Part shown: positions 1 to 9,439 of the stretch, in pieces | Numbering within the stretch: position 1 is the first letter of the stretch | Layout: each line of letters opens with the position of its first letter | Assembly (NCBI GenBank): GCA_963674865.2 | Contig: CAXXYE010000007.1 | Coordinates: forward strand, 320,001 to 384,000 | Length of the DNA: 64,000 nt | DNA from: Candidatus Hydrogenedentota bacterium | GTDB lineage: Bacteria; Hydrogenedentota; Hydrogenedentia; Hydrogenedentales; SLHB01 | Direction of reading: 5' to 3' | Notes under the pieces: model-generated | What the model was told of the DNA's origin: nothing | The model's database searches: none | What the model saw: the letters and a program-made list of their open reading frames with translations, nothing else | Position numbers and translations under genes: made by a program

Positions 1-910
1 CTTTCTTATCCTTGCTGGTCGCCCTAGCGAGGCAAGCGTTGGCACTGGCTGGCAGACTGGGAATGGGTTCCAGGTCCTCATGCAGTTGGCAGTAGGTGAT
101 GTCCGCGGCGTCGGCAAAGGGGGCTTTACCGGTAAGAAGTTCGTAGGTGAGCATGCCCAGGCTGTAGATATCCGAGCGGGCGTCCGTCGGCTTGCCGAGG
201 CACTGCTCCGGGCTCATGTACAGGAGCGTGCCGCTGGTTGCCTCGCGGGAGTATTTGCTCATGCTCGTGCGGACGACCCGGGCGAGGCCAAAATCGGTGA
301 GCTTGACGACGCGGTCGCGGTGTACTAGGACGTTACCGGGCTTGAGGTCGCGGTGGACGATACCCTTGCCGTGGGCGTAATCCAACGCCGAGCAGATGGG
401 CTTGAGACACTTGAGAACCCACTCAAGGGGGAAACCGTCTTTCCCCTCTTGCTGCCGCTTGAAGAGGAGCTTGTCCAGCGACGCGCCTTCGATGAGTTCC
501 ATGGTGATGAACTGCGCCTCGGAACACTCCTGGAAATCGTACACGCGGCAGATGTTCTCGTGGGTGAGTTCGAGGGCGGTATTGACCTCATGTTTCAGGT
601 TGAGGAGGGCGCGCTCATCACGGCGGAGTTGCGGCGGGAGGGTCTTGAGGGCGATGTCTGCGCCCCGGGTGTGGTCGATGGCCTGATACACGACGCCCAT
701 GCCGCCCCGGCCCAATTCGCAGACGATCTCATAACGGCTGTGCATGAGACAAACGCCCCGCTGAAAGGTGGTTCCGGTGGCCGACGATGCCTGAGGGCCT
801 TCGAAGGTCTTCGAGTCGCCATCATCCGAAACCACGGGGAGTCTCGTGCCGCATTCGGGGCAGAACCGGGCATTTTCTGGGGCGTTCACACCGCACTCTT
901 GACAGACCAT
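1..910 (-). CDS. Zinc-ribbon + Ser/Thr protein kinase (runs off the left edge; not in the ORF track)
   Basis: Manual translation from ATG at 910: MVCQECGVNAPENARFCPECG (Zn ribbon), LGRGGMGVVY, IALK, HRDLKPGNVL, KLTDFGLA. Confidence 0.9.
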   Translation of the reverse strand, partial: MVCQECGVNAPENARFCPECGTRLPVVSDDGDSKTFEGPQASSATGTTFQRGVCLMHSRYEIVCELGRGGMGVVYQAIDHTRGADIALKTLPPQLRRDERALLNLKHEVNTALELTHENICRVYDFQECSEAQFITMELIEGASLDKLLFKRQQEGKDGFPLEWVLKCLKPICSALDYAHGKGIVHRDLKPGNVLVHRDRVVKLTDFGLARVVRTSMSKYSREATSGTLLYMSPEQCLGKPTDARSDIYSLGMLTYELLTGKAPFADAADITYCQLHEDLEPIPSLPASANACLARATSKDKK

Positions 911-920
911 CGCAATCCCC

Positions 921-3305
921 CTATTCCAGGCAGGCCTGGTCTTTCAGGCCCTCCTGGTGGAACGCGTCGACATGTATTGCCGTATCGCCAAGACGAACCA
1001 GCGTATCTTCCGCTCTGATCGGATGCGGCCTGCCCGGCTGAACGTTCTCATCGCCGACGAAGACGGGGGGTGTATCGTCCTTCGGGAGAATGAAGAAATA
1101 GCCATCCACATGAAGCAGGTAGGCATGGATGGGGGCGACGCCCTCGCCGGGAACGACGACGCACGCGCTGTCCGCCGAGCCGAGGGTCGCCCAGCCGGGA
1201 ATCAGAATGTATACCTCGCGGGTCTTGCTGTCATACGCCTCGAGCCCTTCGATGGGCTTTCCCGTGAGCGAGAACAGGCGGTCGAGCCGGTAACCTCCAT
1301 GGTTCCCCGGCCACTCGGGGAGATGCGGCGGGGTCTTCTTCATCGTGTTGAGTACTTCACGGGCGGTTGCGCGGGCCTCGTCTAGCCCCTCGAACCGGGT
1401 CGCGTTCGCGGCGTAGTGCAGGCCGAGGACGGGTTCATCCGATGCGAAAAGCTCGATGGCTATTTGCTCGCCGCGTCCCAGGCGGCACGTGTGCCCGCGG
1501 GTGAGCTTCTTGTTCTCGGTGACGCGCCCACGATTGCTCGCGGACAGGTGCTCGAAATGCAACGCGCCGTAGGCTGCCGGTTCGGGCACGGGCGTTACCT
1601 CCCACTGCATCTGGCTTATGGAACTCCGGCTGACGGGCTTGCCAGACGACCCGGACTGTTGTTGTTCCGTGGACTGCCGGTGAAGATACCGCTCGATCTC
1701 GACAAGCCGGACGTGGACCTTCTTGGCGGAACGCCCAAACCGCACGGCGCCGTAGCGCCCTTCCTGCTGCGAGAAGGTGGTCAGAAGGCAGTAATTGTGT
1801 TTGAGTCCTTCGTGTTCAAACCATATCCGCGCGCGGTGTGCGGGCGGCCAGTCCGGCGCGGCCGGCAGCGGCGGGGCAGGGGGCTCGACGGCTAGGGGCG
1901 CCTTTTGATCCATCCTGAAGCGAACAGGCTCGTAGGATAGTTCGCTGAGCTCGGTGAGTTTGTTGATGAATTCGTTGATCTTGTCCTGACTGAAGCCCTG
2001 CAAATTGACGCTCCACGCGCCCAAACCCACCACCGATTCCGCGGCTTCGACCGTGTCCGGCCCGAACCGGTTGATGATGGTCTGCTTGTCGGCGTCGCCC
2101 CGGAGCACGCGTATGCGCGAACTGCCGGTCAATAAGCATGCATGGCCCCCGGCCTCGTACTCAACAAGGAAGTCGATGACCCGCGTTCCGACCTTGTGGC
2201 CCGGCGGGCAGTACACCAGGGAGTGAAACTCGACCGGTAGCGCGTCGGCTATGCGGACCCCCGCGCCCGGGAAAGGGTCGATGTCGCAAGGTACGGCGCC
2301 TTCACCGCGCCCCAACGTGACCTCAAACCGGCGCAATTCGACGGGCTCCTCGCAGACTTTGTGGAACCTCACGGGCATGGCCACCTGTACGCCTTCCATG
2401 AAGGAGGGAACCGCCTTGATCTCTAGATGCAGGTGGATGCGCTCCCCGCACAGCGGACAGAAACGGTGCCGATCCCGCAGGAGGCCGCGGGGCGGAACGC
2501 AGTGGGGACAGAAGGCGACCGTTTCGCTTCGCGGCGGTTTAGGGATGGGCGCACGGCGGGGGAGATCGCTGCCGCAGGCGTGGCAATAGACTCCGCCCTC
2601 GATAAGCGTCGCGCCGCAGGCCGCGCAACTGACTCGTCCCTGGCGTTTTGGGTCGCCATTGGGCGCCCCCTGCGCGGCTGTCTCGTAACGCATCACCAAG
2701 GGAACAAAACGCAAGCCACACCGGCGCTTGAGGTCGTGGATATGAACGACCTGATACATGCAGACCTGCTGCTCGCCGTAGCTGTCAAGTTCGCACGGCT
2801 CGCCGAAGGGGAATTCGCCGTCCTCGCGCGCGAGGAATTCCTGGCGGCCCGGGTCAAAGGCGTGGACCTGCCGGTTACCCGGCGCGGCTATGCGAATGGG
2901 ATGCCTGCCCGCCATCGTGAAGCGCTTGTCCTCGAAGATAAAGGCCGCTGATACGCGCAGCTCGTACTCTCCCTGGACGGCATCGCTGATGCCCAGTTCC
3001 ACCTTCCGGTCGAGCACCAAACACTGGTCCTCTCCGGGATGCAAGGTCTGACCGGAGGTCTCGGGGTAAACGCCGGGCTCCAGCGTGCGCCCCCCCAACG
3101 ACACGTCGAACTTCTCGAGCTCTAACGGCGTCTCTGACGCGTTGATCAACCGGAACTCGACGAAGGTCGTAACGCCGATGAAATACTGCGCCAGGACGTT
3201 GACCTCGACGTAGAGCGGCGTGGGGGAGCCGTCCACCGTGCAGAGAGGGAACCGGTGGTTCAGCCGCTCGCCGCAGTTGGGACACCACGCCTGATGCGTG
3301 TCCAA
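921..3305 (-). CDS. Multi-zinc-ribbon protein with two C-terminal FHA-like domains
   Basis: CPNC, CAAC..CHAC, CPHC..CPLC motifs; VRFGRS..SISQMQ and TLGS..APIHAYL..VRLGDT resemble FHA beta-sandwiches. Confidence 0.7.
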   Translation of the reverse strand: MDTHQAWCPNCGERLNHRFPLCTVDGSPTPLYVEVNVLAQYFIGVTTFVEFRLINASETPLELEKFDVSLGGRTLEPGVYPETSGQTLHPGEDQCLVLDRKVELGISDAVQGEYELRVSAAFIFEDKRFTMAGRHPIRIAAPGNRQVHAFDPGRQEFLAREDGEFPFGEPCELDSYGEQQVCMYQVVHIHDLKRRCGLRFVPLVMRYETAAQGAPNGDPKRQGRVSCAACGATLIEGGVYCHACGSDLPRRAPIPKPPRSETVAFCPHCVPPRGLLRDRHRFCPLCGERIHLHLEIKAVPSFMEGVQVAMPVRFHKVCEEPVELRRFEVTLGRGEGAVPCDIDPFPGAGVRIADALPVEFHSLVYCPPGHKVGTRVIDFLVEYEAGGHACLLTGSSRIRVLRGDADKQTIINRFGPDTVEAAESVVGLGAWSVNLQGFSQDKINEFINKLTELSELSYEPVRFRMDQKAPLAVEPPAPPLPAAPDWPPAHRARIWFEHEGLKHNYCLLTTFSQQEGRYGAVRFGRSAKKVHVRLVEIERYLHRQSTEQQQSGSSGKPVSRSSISQMQWEVTPVPEPAAYGALHFEHLSASNRGRVTENKKLTRGHTCRLGRGEQIAIELFASDEPVLGLHYAANATRFEGLDEARATAREVLNTMKKTPPHLPEWPGNHGGYRLDRLFSLTGKPIEGLEAYDSKTREVYILIPGWATLGSADSACVVVPGEGVAPIHAYLLHVDGYFFILPKDDTPPVFVGDENVQPGRPHPIRAEDTLVRLGDTAIHVDAFHQEGLKDQACLE

Positions 3306-3325
3306 GTCGAATCTCCTTCCCCTGC

Positions 3326-5218
3326 CTAGCCCTTCATATCATGCTTGCACCACGGGCAGAAGTTGGCGCTATGAGGCACCGGCCGGCCGCACTTAGGGCA
3401 AGGCGATTCGCCGGCATCCGCACCGCCCACCTGCTGCACGCCCCCCTGCCCGGCAACGACCACGGCGGACTGACCCCCACCTTTGGTGACGACCTCCGCT
3501 ATGTCCTTCAGGTCTCTTGCGCGGCGGTCGGCGTCGCCTCGAAGGGCCTCCTTCTCAGCCTTCTGGTCGGCCAGGCGTTCCTCGAGTTGACGTTTCTCGG
3601 CCTGGGAGACGGCCGCGGCCGTGGTGGCCTCGGAGGTGGCGATTTTGACGTTGCCTTCGATGGTCGCGAGCTGGACCTCGGCCTCTTTCTCCTTCTCAAA
3701 ACGCTTCAGGTCGAGTTCGAGCTTCTTCTCCTCGAGTTCAAGGCGTTTGATGGTCTGGAGATTCTCGACCTCCTGTCGTTCTACCCGCTCGAGCATGGCC
3801 ACCTGATGCTCACGGTCCGCGTGTTTGATGGCCTCCTCTTCGCGCGTGACCTTGAGTGCCTCCAGCCGGGCGGCGGTGTTACTCCTGGCCCGTTCGACAA
3901 TGAGTTCATATTCCTGGACGGCGTCGGCACGGCGTGTCTGCCGCTTCTGCTCGCTTTGCTGCCATTCGACCTTGAGGGTGTTTTCGGCGGACAGGCGTTC
4001 CTGCTCGCGGTCGAAGTCGGCCTGGGTGGCGTCCCGCTTGTTACGCGCCACAAGGATCGTCATGGCCACTTCGTTCTGATGGTCCACTTGGATCTTGTCG
4101 AGCGTTTGTTTGCGGGCGAGTTGCTCGTCCTGCTTCTGCTTGGTCCGCTCATCGCCGAGGTCCTCTAGCTCGTATTCGCGGAGTTCGTTCTTGATAACCA
4201 ACTCATGCCTCGCCTGGGCGACGGTTTCTACGCGTTCGGAGTCCCGTAGAACGGACTTGACGTCGTACTGCGTGTTCAGGTCATCGATCTTGTCCGCGAG
4301 GTCCTTGTCGGTAGCGACGGCATCGAGCTTACCCTGCGCGTTGAGTTCGGCAATGCGGCGGCGGATGGCGACCTTTTCGCCGAGATGGTCGGCGGCGTGG
4401 TTCCCCATGTAGGCCTCGCCCTTGTCTTGCTGCAACTGCTCGAAATGGTCGCCGCCGAAATCGACGAAGTTGAGCTGAAGCAGGTCGAGGCCGTAGCGGT
4501 CGAGCGTGACGGTCATGGCGCTCCGCAGGTCCGCTTCGAGTTCGTTGCGCCAGGTGAGGTTGCCGTACATCTCCTCCATGCTATGGGCGCAGACAAGCCC
4601 TCGGGTGACGTCGTGGAGTTCATTGCCGATGGTCGTCTCGAGAGTAGCGTAGGTAACGCGGCGCTTGTGGCCTTCAAAGAAGTGGCGCACGAAGGCGTCG
4701 TAGTCCTTGACGCGCAGCACCACCTGCACCGTCACGTCGAGTTCGGCCCCGTTGGCGTCGCGCAGGCCGCGGAACGTAGGCCGCAAAACCAGGTCGCCCG
4801 CGCTGACGAGGATGATCGAACTGGCCTTGCGCAGGCTGAGGATCTGGTCGAGCGTGTGGACGCCCCATTCCTTCTCCTCGGCGATTCGGCCCTGACGTTC
4901 GACGAGCCCGATGGTGCCCGGCTCGACAGTCACCCGGCGCGCGCGGAAACCTTCCACGTCGCCCGGGTTGACGCGTACCGCCAACTCCTCATCCTCGCGC
5001 ACCCATCGGTCGCCCATGATACGCGGCGGCTTCTCCCGCTCCATGTCGGCGCCGCAGTTCCAGCAAAACCGGCTGACGCGCCCCACGCGCTTGCCGCAGC
5101 CCGGGCAATTGCTCAAACTGTTGGGCCCGGCCCAGCCGCACCTCGAACAGAAATGGGCGGCCTTCTTGACGCGCGCGCCGCAATCAGGATTTGGACACGG
5201 ATCCGAGAAGAGTCCCAT
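3326..5218 (-). CDS. Double zinc ribbon + SPFH/band-7 domain + long coiled coil + C-terminal zinc ribbon
   Basis: ATG at 5218 preceded by AAAGGAG; CxxC pairs at both ends; VTVEPGTIGLV...LDRYGLDLLQLNF is SPFH-like; E/K/R/Q-rich coil. Confidence 0.8.
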   Translation of the reverse strand: MGLFSDPCPNPDCGARVKKAAHFCSRCGWAGPNSLSNCPGCGKRVGRVSRFCWNCGADMEREKPPRIMGDRWVREDEELAVRVNPGDVEGFRARRVTVEPGTIGLVERQGRIAEEKEWGVHTLDQILSLRKASSIILVSAGDLVLRPTFRGLRDANGAELDVTVQVVLRVKDYDAFVRHFFEGHKRRVTYATLETTIGNELHDVTRGLVCAHSMEEMYGNLTWRNELEADLRSAMTVTLDRYGLDLLQLNFVDFGGDHFEQLQQDKGEAYMGNHAADHLGEKVAIRRRIAELNAQGKLDAVATDKDLADKIDDLNTQYDVKSVLRDSERVETVAQARHELVIKNELREYELEDLGDERTKQKQDEQLARKQTLDKIQVDHQNEVAMTILVARNKRDATQADFDREQERLSAENTLKVEWQQSEQKRQTRRADAVQEYELIVERARSNTAARLEALKVTREEEAIKHADREHQVAMLERVERQEVENLQTIKRLELEEKKLELDLKRFEKEKEAEVQLATIEGNVKIATSEATTAAAVSQAEKRQLEERLADQKAEKEALRGDADRRARDLKDIAEVVTKGGGQSAVVVAGQGGVQQVGGADAGESPCPKCGRPVPHSANFCPWCKHDMKG

Positions 5219-5546
5219 GACGCGATCTCCTTTTTCCGCTGGCGGGCGAGCCGGCGCACTACCCCTGCCCGTGACGCCTGCCCCACGTGACACGACCGTC
5301 ACAAGCTCACCCGCAATTGCCTGTTCAATATATCCGCATGGCACTAAAGAAGCAATTCCCACGCCAAAAGCAGGTTCGACGAAAGTTGTCTATGCCGTGC
5401 GTTTGACAGAACAACCACCGCAGGCGGAGAATCACGCGGGGAAAAGAGCGAATCCGCCGCAGTTCGGCATGCAGTTTGCTCCCCCTTTCAAGAGAGCCCT
5501 GAACACGTGTCTCGGCCTCAGTGCGCCAATAAGAAGGGAACGGCCC

Positions 5547-6854
5547 ATGGACCTGAATGAGCGCCTCAAGAAAATGGAAGATGAACTCAAACGGAGGACG
5601 GAAGCCATCGACCGTGAGGCGCGCGCGAAGCTCGACGCCGTCGAGCAGAAGATCACCGCCACCGAGGAGGCCGTAGCCGGGCGCAAGGCCGATACGCCGC
5701 GGGGGCCACAGACGATAAGGCCCATCCACACGCCGGCGCCGCACGATTTGCGCATTGACATGAGCACGGCGCGCTCGCTGGATGTCCTCGACGACATTAT
5801 TGAAGAGGACTTCGAGTTGCTCCGATACCTGGGCGGGTCGCTCACGGCCTATCCCACCGTGTACTGCGAGACGGTTCGCGAATATCTCGAGCCCATCATT
5901 GCGGATATGCCGATGTCCGACGCGCAGCGCGAGGTCCTGCTGAATGAGGTGGCAGAGGCGGCGGAACACGGCGCGCCTATCCCCATCCTGACGAGCCTCG
6001 GCGTCCATATCCCCGGCGTGGGATGCTTCATCAACGGCTGGTTCATGGGCCAACTGGCGGGTGTGTCTCCAGGCGCCTACTTCCAAGCGCCGGAGGGGTT
6101 CGCCCGAATTGTGACCACGGCGTCCCATGAAAAGTGGGGCCACGGGTTCATCTCGGAGCTGACGGCCCTCGGCCGCGAGAAACAGTCCGTCCAGCTTGGC
6201 ATGCACCACCTCGCGGACCAGTTCGAGAGACGGACCGTCGATACGCCCGACCACGCCCGGCTCCGGGAGCAATGGGAAATCCTCTTCTACGCGTCCAACT
6301 ATGTCGAGGAGGGTTGCGCCACGTGGATCGAGCGCTACCTCGCCGAACGCGTGACCGAGCGCGATCCGCGCGGCCCCGCGCTGCTCGATCATGCGCCCAG
6401 TTTCACCGTCGAGAGTGTAGCGGACGCCCTCGACGGCGCCGGCCTGGGGCCGCTGGCCGAAGCGGTTGGCAGTGTCTTCAGTGATTTGAGCCAGCCTTTG
6501 GCCCCAGAGCGTTGGTTTGCTTTGGCGGCTGCTCTCAATGAGAGTGGCGAAGCCTTCACCCACGCCTGCGGTATGCCCTCGCCATACGTCGTCGGCTATC
6601 TCATCATGGACCGCGTGGCGCAGCGACAAGGCCCGAAGTGCGTGCCCTATGCCGTGGCCACGGCCTGCAACGTTGAATACGGCCTCAAAGACATCTCGAA
6701 CCATGACCTGCGCAATTACGTGGAAAATCACCCCGAACTGAATGTCAATGCACGCATGGCCGCGATCGTGTCCCTCGCCGAAGGGCCAAAGGACGACATC
6801 AAGGCCTTCCTCGCCCGTGTGCGGGACGAGATAGGCTTCGCACCGCCTGCGTGA
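5547..6854 (+). CDS. Putative zincin-like metallopeptidase with N-terminal coiled coil
   Basis: Start MDLNERLKKM after GAAGGGAA; ASHEKWGH followed by YVEEGCATWIE (third-ligand-type EEG). Confidence 0.6.
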   Translation: MDLNERLKKMEDELKRRTEAIDREARAKLDAVEQKITATEEAVAGRKADTPRGPQTIRPIHTPAPHDLRIDMSTARSLDVLDDIIEEDFELLRYLGGSLTAYPTVYCETVREYLEPIIADMPMSDAQREVLLNEVAEAAEHGAPIPILTSLGVHIPGVGCFINGWFMGQLAGVSPGAYFQAPEGFARIVTTASHEKWGHGFISELTALGREKQSVQLGMHHLADQFERRTVDTPDHARLREQWEILFYASNYVEEGCATWIERYLAERVTERDPRGPALLDHAPSFTVESVADALDGAGLGPLAEAVGSVFSDLSQPLAPERWFALAAALNESGEAFTHACGMPSPYVVGYLIMDRVAQRQGPKCVPYAVATACNVEYGLKDISNHDLRNYVENHPELNVNARMAAIVSLAEGPKDDIKAFLARVRDEIGFAPPA

Positions 6855-6936
6855 CGCGGCAACCGCCCGTCTTCACGACGGAGGTCACCGAAAGCACGGA
6901 GGAGAAGAGAGCGGATCTCTCCATGTCTTCCGTGCC

Positions 6937-7181
6937 CGTGGTTAGTTTGATCAGTTCCTATGCCGCGACCAGGGCTTCGCCCTGGACCCACTAAGATTGC
7001 TCGGCGCTACGCGCCTTACAATCTTAAACTACACCCCCTACCGAAGTACCTTAACCAAGGGAAAAATCCCCGCGCTACGGGCCTATGCGCGGCCTATGCT
7101 GCGCGGCCGCGCCTTTGGCCCTCCGCGCTCCGCGGCTTACGCCGCGCAAGCAACAAGGCACCAAAGCAGTAGGCAGCAAAA
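6937..7181 (-). repeat. Conserved 3' trailer of DGR-target gene, copy 1 (three GC hairpins)
   Basis: Closely similar to 33432-33677; hairpins at 6969-6985, 7087-7112, 7131-7146. Confidence 0.9.
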
Positions 7182-7304
7182 CTACGGCCTGGCGAGGCGG
7201 AACCCCAAGAGGTCGCTCCGGGTGCCCGGGTCGCGCCCGGAACGAATCGCGGATCGGCAGCTCCTCGGGCTGCCGCTCCAGCAGCCACCGCGGGCCACCC
7301 GGTA
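7182..7304 (-). other. Putative DGR variable repeat (VR1) with invariant 3' tail
   Basis: Differences from VR2/VR3 fall mostly in positions 1-2 of NNC/NGG codons; 7182-7208 identical in all three. Confidence 0.85.
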
Positions 7305-9317
7305 CGAGCCCGTACTGGGGCCCGGGGGGTCGGTTACTGAACCCGAAGGATAGGACCCGTACCAGTCCTGGCACCACTCCAAAACGTTGCCGTGCATGTC
7401 GTGCAGCCCCCAAGCATTCGGACGAACGCTCCCCACCGAAGTCGTCTTTCCCCGGTCAACCCCCTTCTTTCCTGAACCGTACGTGTAATCGCCATCGTAG
7501 TTCGCCTGCTCCGTCGAGATCGTCTCTCCAAAATAGAACGGGGTCTGGGTCCCTGCACGGCACGCATACTCCCACTCCGCCTCCGTCGGAAGACGAAACG
7601 TGCCTTGCCCTTTGGCATTAATTCTCTTGATGAACGCCTGGCAGTCGTCCCAAGAAACGTAGTAAATGGGATAATCCGCCCCTTCTCCGCGAAGCGGCCA
7701 CTCCTTGTTGGCCCTATCGCGTTGCTGACCCACTGTGTTACCCATCACCGCCTTCCACTGCGCCTGGGTAACTTCATACTTCCCCAGCCAGAACCCCTTC
7801 GTGAGCGTCACCTGGTGCTGGACCTCGTCGTCATCGCGGCCCTCCTCGCTCTCCGGGCTCCCCATCATGAAGGTTCCCGGCGGGACCCAGACCAACTCAA
7901 GTGTCACGCCGCCGCCAAGGTCGACCGTACTTGTGGTGCCTGCTTCCGGCTCGCCTTGGGACTCGTGTCGTGTGACCGTAAGAGGTCCAGCATCTGGACC
8001 TTCGTGGATTTCTGGGAGCGGTACTGCCAGTAATTCCGCAGCGCGCCCAAGAATATCATCAGTAGGGTCCGACTCTCCTCGAGGAGCATGATCATAGCTT
8101 CGACGCGTCGTCTCGCTCTTGAAGTAGTGCCATAGCCACGGTGAAACAGCAGCCAGGCAGACCAATGTTAGTGCGGCCACTACGATGAGTTTCTTGCCTC
8201 GCCGGCCAAGCGAGCCAACAAGTTTCGCCGGCGCTTCTCGCCCCTCGGCCTGTCGCCGGGCTTCTTTGGCCCGCTCCATCTCCCTGGCCCCATCTATCTC
8301 CTTGGCTCGCCGCCCCTCCTCCTCGGCTCGTTCTTCTTCGTCCTTGCGGCGTGCTTCTGCCTCCCCTTCACGCCGCTGGGCTTCGGCCTTCTGCCGGGCC
8401 GTTTCTCCGCAAAGGTCTTTGTAGAAGGCGGCGCAGTTGGCCTGGCGGTCGGTGGGCTGCTTGTCCAAGGCGGTCAAGAGGGCTTCGTTAACGTGGGCAG
8501 GGACGCCATCGATAGGCGACGGAGCCTTCAACTGGATCTGCGTGGGGATCGAGCCGGTGTGGAAAGGCGTGTCGCCGGCAAGGAGTTCGTAGACACTGGC
8601 CGCGAGGCTATATAGGTCGGCCCGGACGTCGAGCTTCTCACCCATGAGCTGCTCGGGGCTCATGTAAAGGAGCGTGCCGCTGCTAACCTCGCCCGTCACG
8701 CGGGTCTGGGTATCCTTGGCGGCCCGGGCGATGCCGAAGTCGGCCAGCTTCACATTGCCGTCGCGCCCGAGGAGCATGTTGCCGGGTTTCACGTCGCGGT
8801 GAAGGACGCCCTGGCTGTGCGCATAGTCCAGCGCCCGGGCGACGCGGCGTGCACAGGCCAGTACCTGTTCGAGCGGAAAAGGCCCGCCATACTCGGCGAG
8901 GGCGTCGGACAGGGACCGGCCGTCCACGTATTCCATGGTGATGAAATGGATGCCGACGTCCTCGTGGATATCGTACACGCCGACGATGTTGGGATGGCGC
9001 AGCTTGCGCGTGAGGGCGACCTCGCGTTTCATATCCGCGACGGCCCGCATATCCCCTATCAGTTCGGGTTTGAGGATCTTGCACGCGACCTGCTCGTCCA
9101 GGACGATGTCCCGCGCGAGCCAGACATCGCCCATACCCCCGCTCCCGACCCGGCGCACCAGTTGAAACCGTTCAAGGAGCACGGTTTCCGCCGCGAGGTC
9201 GAAAAGGGTGCGCGTGTCGCCGCTTCCCTCGACCAGCGCGACTTTCTCCCCGCACGCCGGGCAAAACGCCGCACCCTCCGGCACCTCCGCCCCACATGTT
9301 GGATTAAGGCACTTCAT
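7182..9317 (-). CDS. Zinc ribbon + Ser/Thr kinase + TM + FGE/SUMF1 (CLec-fold) domain; putative DGR target 1
   Basis: GSGGMG, HRDVKPGN, DFG; TM LIVVAALTLVCLAAVSPWLW; FMMGS, RLPTEAEWEYACRAG, NAWGLHDMHGNV, RGG..GFRLARP. Confidence 0.93.
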   Translation of the reverse strand: MKCLNPTCGAEVPEGAAFCPACGEKVALVEGSGDTRTLFDLAAETVLLERFQLVRRVGSGGMGDVWLARDIVLDEQVACKILKPELIGDMRAVADMKREVALTRKLRHPNIVGVYDIHEDVGIHFITMEYVDGRSLSDALAEYGGPFPLEQVLACARRVARALDYAHSQGVLHRDVKPGNMLLGRDGNVKLADFGIARAAKDTQTRVTGEVSSGTLLYMSPEQLMGEKLDVRADLYSLAASVYELLAGDTPFHTGSIPTQIQLKAPSPIDGVPAHVNEALLTALDKQPTDRQANCAAFYKDLCGETARQKAEAQRREGEAEARRKDEEERAEEEGRRAKEIDGAREMERAKEARRQAEGREAPAKLVGSLGRRGKKLIVVAALTLVCLAAVSPWLWHYFKSETTRRSYDHAPRGESDPTDDILGRAAELLAVPLPEIHEGPDAGPLTVTRHESQGEPEAGTTSTVDLGGGVTLELVWVPPGTFMMGSPESEEGRDDDEVQHQVTLTKGFWLGKYEVTQAQWKAVMGNTVGQQRDRANKEWPLRGEGADYPIYYVSWDDCQAFIKRINAKGQGTFRLPTEAEWEYACRAGTQTPFYFGETISTEQANYDGDYTYGSGKKGVDRGKTTSVGSVRPNAWGLHDMHGNVLEWCQDWYGSYPSGSVTDPPGPSTGSYRVARGGCWSGSPRSCRSAIRSGRDPGTRSDLLGFRLARP

Positions 9318-9439
9318 GCGTTACCCCGTTCCGCTGTGGCCCGTCCATATGACTGGGCACAGGGATAATCTATCAGGTCGAGACACCGCAGGTCACATCG
9401 GCGGCGGTTGTCTCGGCAGGCAAGGCAAACAGCACAGTC

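Noticed and set aside
5325..6731. Long antisense ORFs (e.g. 5325-6731, 4385-5290, 18309-19160, 30314-31408, 61711-62667)
   Set aside because: Shadow frames of well-supported genes in high-GC DNA, with no recognisable motifs.
7182..7900. FGE domains as true formylglycine-generating enzymes
   Set aside because: The catalytic Cys-containing motif after RGGS is absent, the domains are fused to kinases, and no sulfatase is nearby.
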